Below are positions 8,038 through 16,241 of a stretch of DNA of 32,000 nt, piece after piece. The notes beneath the pieces are model-generated. The model was not told where the DNA came from. It searched no databases and saw only the letters and a program-made list of their open reading frames with translations. Position numbers and translations under genes: made by a program. Position 1 is the stretch's first letter. Each line of letters opens with the position of its first letter. Where the stretch lies: NCBI GenBank assembly GCA_964573185.1, contig CAZNIQ010000004.1, forward strand, positions 1-32,000, written 5' to 3'. The DNA is from Candidatus Woesearchaeota archaeon (GTDB lineage Archaea; Nanobdellota; Nanobdellia; Nanobdellales; CAZNIQ01).

Positions 8038-8042
8038 TAGAT
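7993..8042 (+). repeat. attR: partial tRNA-Pro-like 3' half, right copy of the direct repeat
   Basis: Carries the anticodon-stem 3' strand, variable region, T arm (TTCAAAT) and acceptor 3' strand plus A. It lacks a 5' half. Its anticodon-loop-like segment is CTTGGGA (UGG type). Confidence 0.75.
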
Positions 8043-8450
8043 TTTGTTTTCTGTTCTTGTTATAGTAAAATAAATTAATGTTAATGCAATATTTGAAACA
8101 TTACTAACTTATCTTTATAACTTACATCTCCTAATTTTAATACTTCTTCTAATAACGTAATCGCTTATATAATAAATATAACTAAAATTTCCATTAGGGT
8201 TCGCAGGTGCTTTAATTCACGTAATTTATTATCTCAATATACAATACTTCCATATAGAATTATAAGCGGGATAAAAGAAAAGAAAATATTTTGGAGAGTT
8301 GTATGTATTTTAAAAAAAGATTATGAAGAACGAAACAAACACAAGAACGAAATATATTATCATTGTATAGATAAAAAATTTTGCAAATTCTAGTATTATT
8401 CCTTTTATTTTTGACTTATCCTTAATAAAGTTTAAAAACATATTATTTTA

Positions 8451-8506
8451 GGCCCGGTACCGCTATCGGGTTGAGACGTGATACCTGACTTCAAACCGGG
8501 CCGACA
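8451..8506 (+). ncRNA. H/ACA box sRNA candidate (single hairpin)
   Basis: GC-rich island: lower stem GGCCCGG/CCGGGCC, 8-nt and 7-nt pocket strands (TACCGCTA, CTTCAAA), upper stem TCGGGT/ACCTGA, 11-nt loop TGAGACGTGAT with two GA steps, then G-ACA. There are 15 nt from the upper-stem base to ACA. Confidence 0.6.
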
Positions 8507-8507
8507 A

Positions 8508-9596
8508 TTATGTGTTAATTTTAAATCTTAGTATTCCGCCTATTTTAAAGTTGGAAAATTGTTCTCCTTCTGGCGTTTTCTTTGAAATAATTTCCACTTT
8601 CGTTCCCATTTGTTCTGCAAGTTCTATTAATTCTTTTAATTTTTCTTTATCAAAGTCTTCTGAAACCAATAATACTTCTACAGCACCCATTTCTAAAGCT
8701 TTTTTCGTATCTTCATATCCATAAACGACCATATCGGGATCTTTTGCTAGATAATAGAAAAACTTCTCTAATAATTTCTTTTCTCTTATCAAGGAAGTTT
8801 TTTCTAACACATCCTTAGCTCTTTCAACTAATTCTCTTAATCCGTACTCATCTGAGTATCCGGTGTCAACCACTGCTATTATTTTTTGTTTGAGGTAATA
8901 TGGCAAATAGTCTCCTTCTACAAACTCTTCTTTCAAAGGTCCAGGTCCTCCTACAATTATTCCCCTTAAATTATCTTTGTATTTGTCAAAATACTCTCTA
9001 GCTTTCTCTCCTATATATTTTAACCAATTATGTGTTTCCTGTTCAATTATTCTCTGAAATCTTACAGCAGATTGTCCTCCTTTATGATGTTTCGACGGAA
9101 CCCAAGAATCCCTAGATTCTAAAACAATTATATCTTTTCCTTTTAGCAAACCAATAGCCATAGAACCTCTATCTAGGACTATCAAACCGTAAACATCTTT
9201 ATCTTCAAGTAATTTCTTTAGAGGATCTAAAACGAATTTTGAATCACAACGATATAATCTTATTCTTAAGGGTTCTGGAGGCTCTATAACCCACATTCTT
9301 ATGTCAGTCTTATCCTTTCCAACATTCCCACAGAATATAATCAATCCCTTGTCTGGAATTTTCTTAAATTTCTTTAGATAGTTTATGATTTTTGCTAAAG
9401 CTTCTGAAACATGTTGTCTTGTAGTTTTATCCTTTATGTTTTGTGCTGTTGAATATTCATAAGAAAGATGGTCTAAAAGCTTTGCTAAATCATAGCCAGC
9501 TGGGATATAATAACTAATCAATTCAGTACCTCTTCCCTCAATTTTCTCTAATTCTTCTATAAGCATTTTGAGCTTTAACTTTTGAACATCATCCAT
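8508..9596 (-). CDS. prf1: Peptide chain release factor aRF1
   Basis: 362 aa. GGQS motif (HHKGGQSAVRF), YRCDSKF (YxCxxxF), and TAQNIKDKTTR (NIKS-type motif, here NIKD). Confidence 0.92.
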   Translation of the reverse strand: MDDVQKLKLKMLIEELEKIEGRGTELISYYIPAGYDLAKLLDHLSYEYSTAQNIKDKTTRQHVSEALAKIINYLKKFKKIPDKGLIIFCGNVGKDKTDIRMWVIEPPEPLRIRLYRCDSKFVLDPLKKLLEDKDVYGLIVLDRGSMAIGLLKGKDIIVLESRDSWVPSKHHKGGQSAVRFQRIIEQETHNWLKYIGEKAREYFDKYKDNLRGIIVGGPGPLKEEFVEGDYLPYYLKQKIIAVVDTGYSDEYGLRELVERAKDVLEKTSLIREKKLLEKFFYYLAKDPDMVVYGYEDTKKALEMGAVEVLLVSEDFDKEKLKELIELAEQMGTKVEIISKKTPEGEQFSNFKIGGILRFKINT

Positions 9597-9612
9597 GTGT
9601 AAAAAATAAAAA

Positions 9613-12111
9613 TTAAGGCTTATAAATAATCTCTTTTACTTTTAAATAACTCTTTATCTCTTCTTCAAACGGCTTTATATCTTCTTCCTTAAAAGGTATT
9701 TCTATTTTTTCTATTTCTTCTTTCAATTTCAATCCCTTTTCAGTCTTCCACTTCCTTATATATGTAATAGCTTCTAGCATTTTTCTTCCTTTCTCAAGAA
9801 TTTCTTTATCATAGATTTCTACTTTAGGATATTCAGTCTCATGTATAGATTTCTTTCCTTCTCTTTCAGCAAACATTATATTATAGATTTCTTCAGTAAT
9901 AAATGGTAAGAACGGTGCTAGTATTCCAAGTATTTGTCTTAAAACATATAGTAATGTCCATTTTGCTGCTGGATCATTATTTTTAACTCTTTCTTTAACT
10001 AGTTCTAAATAATTATCTGCAAATATTTCCCAAACAAATTTTCTTATTCTTTTTAGAGCCTCCCAAAATCTATATTCTTTCATTTGTCCTTCTACAAAAT
10101 CTATTAATTCTTTTAACTCAGATATTATCCAGATGTCTATTGGTTTTAAGTCTACTTTCGTATTTAAATCTATATCTTTACAATTCATCCAAATATATCT
10201 TGATATATTCCAAAGTTTTATTAAGAATGATTGTCCAGCTTCTATGTCTTTCCATGTAAATCTATAATCATATCCGTGTGCAGCTAATAAAGCCCAATAC
10301 CTAAAAGCGTCAGCAGGATATCTCTCTAAAACATCAAATGGTGTTACAACATTTCCTAAAGATTTTGACATTTTCCTTCCTTTCTCATCTACAATCATTC
10401 CGTTGATTAAAACCTCTTTCCAAGGTATTTTGCCTGTCAAAATATAAACCCTATATAATGTATTGAACAACCATGTTCTAATAATTTCATATCCTTGGGG
10501 TCTTAGATTAACTGGTACTTTCTCTTTAGCCAATCTGTAAGCTTCTTCAAATGATTTTCCATCTTTTACAAACGCATAAACCAATATTGCCAAAGGTGTT
10601 ATTGATGATTCCACCCAGCAATCCAAAACGTCTTTTACAGGCTCTACTTCCTCTTCTTTACATCCATACTTCTCTAAAATCTCTTTAGGCGGTTTTTCTA
10701 ATCTAGGATCTACGGGTAATTTATCTTTCGGTGCAGGAATTATTATTTCTTTTCCGTCTTTTTTACATATCCAGAAAGGAAATGGACAACCCCAAACTCT
10801 TTGTCTAGAAATAACCCAATCCCAAGCTATAGAATTTATCCAATCAATTAATCTTTGCCTCATCTCTTCAGGATAGAACTTTATTTCTTTTTGTATTTCT
10901 AATAACTTATCCTTGAATTCTTGAACTTTAAAGAACCATTGATATGTTGGTCTTAATTCTATAGGATGCTGACAATCAGATCTTTCTGTATGTGCTAAAA
11001 CGTTATGTTCTATTTCTTTTAGATCATAAAGATAACCTTTTTCTTTCAAAATTTCAATAATCTTTTTCCTAGCTTCCTGAACCTTTAACCTCTCTATCTC
11101 TGGAATATTTGTATTGATTAATCTTCCTTTTTCATCAATTATTTCATAAACTGGTAAACCGTATCTCTTCTGCCAAACGATGTCTTGCTCATCACCATAA
11201 GTACAAACCCATACAATACCTGTTCCAAACTCTGGATCAACATCTGGATCTGCCTTTAAAGAAACTGTTCTATCTATCAAAGGAATTCTTATTTTAATTT
11301 TTTCTAACTCTTCTTTTGTTAAAGTTCTTTTTATTTTTAACCCTTTTTCTTCAGCATATTTTTTTGAAACTATTAATTTTTCTTCAGTCTCAACATACTC
11401 TCCTTTATCTGAGAATAGGACTATAACACATGCAGGTAACATTTCAGGTCTAGTAGTTGCTATTAAAACGTACCTTCCATCTTCGGTTGGCAATTTAATA
11501 TAAGCTAAAATTCCTTTCATCTTTTTATATCCAACTTCTTGTGCAGAAACTGCAGTTTCACAGTTTGGACACCAATAAACTGGATGTTTATCCCTGTATA
11601 ATAATCCTTTTTCATACATTTCAATTAAAGTATATTGTGTTAGCTTTTTGTAAAGATCATCCATAGTCATATATTCTTTCTCCAAATCTTGTATTACTCC
11701 TGCTTTTAGAAAAGCTTCTTTCATCCTATCCCTAGCCCATAAAGTCCACTCTCTACAAGCTTTTATGAATTCTTCGACATTTTCCTTAGGTATTTTCTTT
11801 TTCTTTTCAATCTTTAATTCTGTAGGTAAGCCATGAACGTCCCAACCAATAGGAAAATAAACATTATATCCATGCATTCTCATATATCTTGCAATAAAAT
11901 CCATCCAAACAAAACCAAAGACTGTACCTACATGAGGTTCACCAGAAGTAAATGGAGGAGGAGTGTCTATAATATATACTTTATCCCATTTTTTAGGATC
12001 AAATCTGTAGATATAGAATAGATCCTTTGTCCATCTTTCTAACCACTTTTTTTCTATTTCTTTGAAGTTTGGTCTTTTAGGAAATTCCATAAAGCTTTTA
12101 ATTAAAACCAA
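9613..12111 (-). CDS. valS: Valyl-tRNA synthetase (class I aaRS); the likely true start is the ATG at 12090
   Basis: IDTPPPFTSGEPHVGT (HIGH region), GWDVHGLPTE, TTRPEMLPA, KMSKSLGNVV. The ~830-aa size fits archaeal ValRS better than IleRS or LeuRS. The track start at 12111 is TTG, while the ATG (MEFPKRP...) at 12090 has TTTTATATA centred about 26 nt upstream. Confidence 0.85.
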   Translation of the reverse strand: MVLIKSFMEFPKRPNFKEIEKKWLERWTKDLFYIYRFDPKKWDKVYIIDTPPPFTSGEPHVGTVFGFVWMDFIARYMRMHGYNVYFPIGWDVHGLPTELKIEKKKKIPKENVEEFIKACREWTLWARDRMKEAFLKAGVIQDLEKEYMTMDDLYKKLTQYTLIEMYEKGLLYRDKHPVYWCPNCETAVSAQEVGYKKMKGILAYIKLPTEDGRYVLIATTRPEMLPACVIVLFSDKGEYVETEEKLIVSKKYAEEKGLKIKRTLTKEELEKIKIRIPLIDRTVSLKADPDVDPEFGTGIVWVCTYGDEQDIVWQKRYGLPVYEIIDEKGRLINTNIPEIERLKVQEARKKIIEILKEKGYLYDLKEIEHNVLAHTERSDCQHPIELRPTYQWFFKVQEFKDKLLEIQKEIKFYPEEMRQRLIDWINSIAWDWVISRQRVWGCPFPFWICKKDGKEIIIPAPKDKLPVDPRLEKPPKEILEKYGCKEEEVEPVKDVLDCWVESSITPLAILVYAFVKDGKSFEEAYRLAKEKVPVNLRPQGYEIIRTWLFNTLYRVYILTGKIPWKEVLINGMIVDEKGRKMSKSLGNVVTPFDVLERYPADAFRYWALLAAHGYDYRFTWKDIEAGQSFLIKLWNISRYIWMNCKDIDLNTKVDLKPIDIWIISELKELIDFVEGQMKEYRFWEALKRIRKFVWEIFADNYLELVKERVKNNDPAAKWTLLYVLRQILGILAPFLPFITEEIYNIMFAEREGKKSIHETEYPKVEIYDKEILEKGRKMLEAITYIRKWKTEKGLKLKEEIEKIEIPFKEEDIKPFEEEIKSYLKVKEIIYKP

Positions 12112-12120
12112 TATATAAAA
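12112..12120 (-). promoter_or_regulatory. TATA box candidate for leaderless valS mRNA
   Basis: The minus strand reads TTTTATATA at -30 to -22 relative to the ATG at 12090. Confidence 0.4.
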
Positions 12121-12124
12121 TTTA

Positions 12125-13198
12125 ATGGTAGCAATTTTAAATTGTACTGCTGTTCCGTATAACGTTTCAAATGCTCTTTTATGGTTATATGATCTACTAA
12201 ATACGCATGTTTCCCTGCCAGAAAAGGATAATAATGCTAAGTATTCATTATATTGTTACATCAACATTTCAACTCCCCTTGGTTTTAAAATAAAAAATAT
12301 TTCATTTAGTACATGTAATAGTGGATTCTTATATCTATACCACGAAAAAAATTCTCATGTCTCTAAAGATAATGGTAATATCGGTATTTGTTTCTCTTCT
12401 CCCTTTAACAAAATAGTTAATGCTATTTGGAGTACGGAAAACCTAAATTACACTTTCGTCCTAAGTCTATATAATTCGGAAAATTCGCATGTGAGTTTAG
12501 AGAGGAAGAATTGGAAATTATATTTTGTACTAAAAGATGAAGAAAAACCGCATACGGAAATAACATATCCACAAAACAATTCAATTATCACTACTGTTAC
12601 TTTCCCAGTAATCTTCAGGGATTATGACAATGGAGGATTATTGTGCTTTTATGAAGTTGGAAACAAAACGTTTGAAAGAAAATGCAATGGCACAGTTTAT
12701 ATCAATACCTATGACTGTTCGAATCCTTGTATAATAAAATCCATTGTTATAGATTTTGCAGGAAATGTTGAAGAAAAAACATACATATACAAGTTAAAAA
12801 ATGTGCCACTATTAGTACAAGTAGAAACTCCAGACCATATAACAGTTCCGATCTCAAACGCAATAACTACATTTGAAATAAGAATAACAAATCCTTCAAA
12901 TAAAGAAATAAATTTAAGTATAGATTATTCTGTTAAACCTTTAATGAAGGTACCGGAAGCACTTTTACCAAAAATATATTTATCTCAAAAACGCCTAATA
13001 TTAAAACCCGGGGAAACAAAAAAGATAGTTGTAAACATCACAGCTTATAGAATTGGGGATTATCTTTTGAATTTCATCTTCAAATGGAAAGAATTTCAGG
13101 CGAATAGGACAGTATTATTTACAGTATCCCCGATTTTAAGTAAGGAGACAATATCTGTATTTGAAAAAGTGTTGCTTCCAATACTCTATTTAATATGA
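12125..13198 (+). CDS. Sequon-rich hypothetical protein, probable extracellular or surface glycoprotein
   Basis: 357 aa with many N-x-S/T sites. Three divergent repeats carry an N(S/T)HVS motif. It has Cys pairs, a beta-rich C-terminal half and a hydrophobic C-terminus (VLLPILYLI). No obvious signal peptide at the called start. Confidence 0.6.
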   Translation: MVAILNCTAVPYNVSNALLWLYDLLNTHVSLPEKDNNAKYSLYCYINISTPLGFKIKNISFSTCNSGFLYLYHEKNSHVSKDNGNIGICFSSPFNKIVNAIWSTENLNYTFVLSLYNSENSHVSLERKNWKLYFVLKDEEKPHTEITYPQNNSIITTVTFPVIFRDYDNGGLLCFYEVGNKTFERKCNGTVYINTYDCSNPCIIKSIVIDFAGNVEEKTYIYKLKNVPLLVQVETPDHITVPISNAITTFEIRITNPSNKEINLSIDYSVKPLMKVPEALLPKIYLSQKRLILKPGETKKIVVNITAYRIGDYLLNFIFKWKEFQANRTVLFTVSPILSKETISVFEKVLLPILYLI

Positions 13199-13503
13199 TT
13201 GAAGAAAAAATTATAAATATGCTATTACATGAGGATGAAATAAAGGAATTGAAGAAAACTCTAGAAGAACTTGTAAGAACCATAGATAAAATCTCTGAGA
13301 GAATAAGCAAATTAGAAAATGAAATAATTGGAATTGAAGAAAAGATAAAAGTTCTTGAGAAAGAAATAAATGAATTAAAGAATATTAAGAAAGAAATTGA
13401 TGTTATATTTGAAAAAGCTAAAGAAATAGAAGAATTCGGAGAATATAAATTAAAGTATAAGCTTTTAATGGAAAGAATAAAAGAATTATTGGATGAAACT
13501 TAA
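13195..13503 (+). CDS. Coiled-coil protein, unknown function
   Basis: 102 aa with a heptad-like E/K/I/L pattern throughout. Overlaps both neighbouring genes. Confidence 0.5.
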   Translation: MIEEKIINMLLHEDEIKELKKTLEELVRTIDKISERISKLENEIIGIEEKIKVLEKEINELKNIKKEIDVIFEKAKEIEEFGEYKLKYKLLMERIKELLDET

Positions 13504-13816
13504 GGAGTTTTGGGAAGCAGAAGCTAAAATGGAAAAGATATATCATGAGAAATTTAAATACGAATTAGTAATTGAAATTAAAAATCATTCACCTTATAAT
13601 AAGAAATTTCTTATATATGGGAAAGCGGAAGGTGATCCTGAAGATGTAATAAAGTTCTATCTTTATACAGGTCTGAATTCAAAAAGAACCATTACGGTAG
13701 ACCATTATTCTAAAAGTAAACTAAGAATATATATTCCAGATGTTAAAGTTAATTTTGTTCTTTTCGTAGAAGATGAAAAAGGAAATAAAAAAGAATTTAC
13801 CTTCTCTGTTGATTAA
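13493..13816 (+). CDS. Hypothetical protein
   Basis: 107-aa ORF, overlapping-start arrangement with the upstream gene. No motif recognised. Confidence 0.5.
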   Translation: MKLKEFWEAEAKMEKIYHEKFKYELVIEIKNHSPYNKKFLIYGKAEGDPEDVIKFYLYTGLNSKRTITVDHYSKSKLRIYIPDVKVNFVLFVEDEKGNKKEFTFSVD

Positions 13817-15029
13817 TTAACTTTGCTTTTATCATTACTCCTTTTAATGTACAATTTGTTTCACCATTTATTTTAGCTTCACACATATTTTGGTACTCCC
13901 TACACCCACGCTCGTCACAACAAATAACAGGTTGGTATACTTGTGGGCACATCTTTGTAATATTATTTACTTTCTTTCTAACCTCTTCGACTATCTTTCC
14001 AACCCTCCCTCTTATCTTCCGTATTTCTTTTACCAGCTCTCTAACGTTTGCTTTTAAATCTTGCCAGAATAGTTTTTCTTTCCACTTTAGTATTAAGACT
14101 TCATCTAGAGCTTTCAGAGGATTAGTTACGTTTACAGTTATATTATATTTTTTCATTTCTCTCTCAACTATTTTCATTAATCTCTGTAATCTTTCCTTTA
14201 AGATTCTTCTAAATTCTACTTGATATTTTATCATCTTCCTGTACATTTTTTTAACTTTTTTCATTAGTTTTAACTTAACTTCTGTAACGTTCGTTATATT
14301 AGCAAATTTTATCTTTATACATGGTGTTAAGAACAATTCTCTCAGTTCATACCATGGAATTTTAGGAGGGACTTCGATTATTGTAACATTCTCACAAATA
14401 CGTGGAGTGTAGTTTGTTGTAGATGTAACGATTTCATAACTGATGTTTAAAGTTTGTAAGTCCTTTATTAATCCCGGAGCGTTAGATAATGTATAAATAT
14501 AGACTTTTGTAACGTTTAATGTTAGTAAAGCTTCTGCAACATTGCTTTCTAATTTTCCGGGAGGGGTTATCAATAAAGGTGCCTTTAAATCTATAGCCCT
14601 CTCTATAGCTTCTTTAACTAAAGGTACATCTTTTAATTTTAATCCTTCATCAGTAAGCTCCCTAGTAATTAAAACAGCATATTTTGATTGGTTCCAAAAG
14701 AATAAAGCAACTAATGCAGAAGTTTCATATCTTGTTACACCCCAAATTCTAGTTACATTTAATCCTAAATTCTTTAGTTCCACCTCTACTTTTGGTGTAA
14801 CAACATATGGTCCTCCGATAATCACTACTTCCGTAGCATTCAATTTATTTAATGTTTGTATAACATCTGTTGTTAGATTATCTCTTGGTAAAATTACTAT
14901 AGGATAATTGTATATTTTAGACACTACTTCTGCTACTATTGTATCTGCAAAGGTGATATTTGTTGTTCCGATTACTGTACTAGCAAAAGCTACTGGAAGA
15001 AGAAATAACAAAGTTAAGCACTTTTTCAT
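13797..15029 (-). CDS. Secreted protein with two cell-wall-binding-repeat-2 (CWB2)-like modules, a coiled coil and a Cys-rich C-terminus
   Basis: Signal peptide MKKCLTLLFLLPVAFAS. Pattern ADTIVAE...PIVILPRDNL...VVIIGGPYVV...RIWGVTRYETS matches the CW_binding_2 repeat logic. Many sequons. C-terminus: MCPQVYQPVICCDERGCREYQNMCEAKINGETNC. Confidence 0.7.
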   Translation of the reverse strand: MKKCLTLLFLLPVAFASTVIGTTNITFADTIVAEVVSKIYNYPIVILPRDNLTTDVIQTLNKLNATEVVIIGGPYVVTPKVEVELKNLGLNVTRIWGVTRYETSALVALFFWNQSKYAVLITRELTDEGLKLKDVPLVKEAIERAIDLKAPLLITPPGKLESNVAEALLTLNVTKVYIYTLSNAPGLIKDLQTLNISYEIVTSTTNYTPRICENVTIIEVPPKIPWYELRELFLTPCIKIKFANITNVTEVKLKLMKKVKKMYRKMIKYQVEFRRILKERLQRLMKIVEREMKKYNITVNVTNPLKALDEVLILKWKEKLFWQDLKANVRELVKEIRKIRGRVGKIVEEVRKKVNNITKMCPQVYQPVICCDERGCREYQNMCEAKINGETNCTLKGVMIKAKLINQQRR

Positions 15030-15077
15030 AAGGGGTTACTGGGTTTTATTTTTAAAATATTTCTTAAAAAATTTAAA

Positions 15078-15782
15078 ATGAAGGCACTTATTCTTGCGGG
15101 TGGTTTTGGAAAAAGACTGAGACCTTTGACAGAAGAGAAACCAAAACCTTTAATTGAAATTAAAGGAAAACCTATTATCCTCTGGCAAATAGAATGGTTA
15201 AAGAAGTACGGAATAAAAGAGGTAATCCTAGCTGTAGGGTACAAAAAGGAGAAATTCTTTGAGTATCTGGGATCTGGAAAAAGATTTGGTATAAAAATAG
15301 CATATGTTGTGGAGGAGGAACCTTTAGGAACTGCAGGAGCTATAAAGAATGCGGAACACTTATTAAAAAATGAAAAGTTCTTTTTTGTTCTAAATGGAGA
15401 TATTTTGACAAATATTAATTTAATGAAAATGCTGGAGATCGCTGAAAAAACGGAATATTATGGATATATTGCCTTGGTTCCGATGAAAAGCCCATACGGA
15501 ATTGTAGAGTTAAATGATAAAAATGAAATAATAAATTTTATTGAAAAACCGATATTAGAACATTTATTAATTAACGCTGGGATATACCTATTCAGACCGG
15601 AAGTTTTTGACTATTTACCAGAAAAAGGAGATATTGAAAAACAAGGCTTTCCGGAATTAGCTAAAGATAAAAAATTATATGGAATTGTTTTTAGAAACTA
15701 CTTTTGGAAGAGTATAGATACTATAAAAGATAAAGAAGAAGTAGAAAAATTAGATATCAACAACGCACTCGGCCTTCCATAA
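15078..15782 (+). CDS. Sugar-1-phosphate nucleotidylyltransferase (NDP-sugar pyrophosphorylase)
   Basis: MKALILAGGFGKRLRPLTEEKPKPL is the canonical G-rich NTP-transferase N-terminus. 234 aa. Confidence 0.8.
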   Translation: MKALILAGGFGKRLRPLTEEKPKPLIEIKGKPIILWQIEWLKKYGIKEVILAVGYKKEKFFEYLGSGKRFGIKIAYVVEEEPLGTAGAIKNAEHLLKNEKFFFVLNGDILTNINLMKMLEIAEKTEYYGYIALVPMKSPYGIVELNDKNEIINFIEKPILEHLLINAGIYLFRPEVFDYLPEKGDIEKQGFPELAKDKKLYGIVFRNYFWKSIDTIKDKEEVEKLDINNALGLP

Positions 15783-16220
15783 TCCTTCTTTTACTTTTTC
15801 TACATTCATCTCATTATAAGTTATAGCTTTCACTTCTTTTCCTCTCCCATGCTTTTCAGGATTATACTTTTCTCCTTTAATTTTAAATCTGCAGTACCAA
15901 ACTCTTATCTTTTTATTATTTACCTTTTTCTCTTTCCTCCTCAAATTCTTTATTTTAACATCTCCTATAGCAAAATTATCTATATAAAAAATATCTAGAA
16001 TCTGCGTTAGAAAATCATATAGAGTTGAAATTATATCTTCTGATTCAAATTCAAATTCTTTTTCTTCTTTGAGTTCCACTTTCGAAACATCGTACATAAT
16101 GTTCATTATTCCTAAAGCCAAAGCTTCAAAAGCTCTTTTTATAGTATTTCCATAGCCAACCACTTTAATATCTGCTGTATGTTCTTTATACTCCCAATAT
16201 CTTAATCCTTGCTTTCCCAT
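15750..16220 (-). CDS. Archease
   Basis: 156 aa. EHTADIKV near the N-terminus and C-terminal KAITYNEM...W.AECVVDI match the archease pattern. Confidence 0.85.
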   Translation of the reverse strand: MGKQGLRYWEYKEHTADIKVVGYGNTIKRAFEALALGIMNIMYDVSKVELKEEKEFEFESEDIISTLYDFLTQILDIFYIDNFAIGDVKIKNLRRKEKKVNNKKIRVWYCRFKIKGEKYNPEKHGRGKEVKAITYNEMNVEKVKEGLWKAECVVDI

Positions 16221-16241
16221 TAAGTAGTTATCTATTGAAAA

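Larger units (their letters stand above)
4901..8042. mobile_element. Integrated ~3.1-kb plasmid/virus-like element in tRNA-Pro, SSV-type (integrase gene partitioned by integration), probably decayed
   Basis: Direct repeats 4901-4950 and 7993-8042 (45/50 identical). Antisense ORFs cross both repeats in the same frame. The interior holds small wHTH genes and orphan ORFs. Confidence 0.6.

Noticed and set aside
12190-12520. Tandem DNA repeat underlying the N(S/T)HVS motifs
   Set aside because: The similarity is only at the short peptide-motif level. The nucleotide sequences between the motifs are not recognisably repeated.
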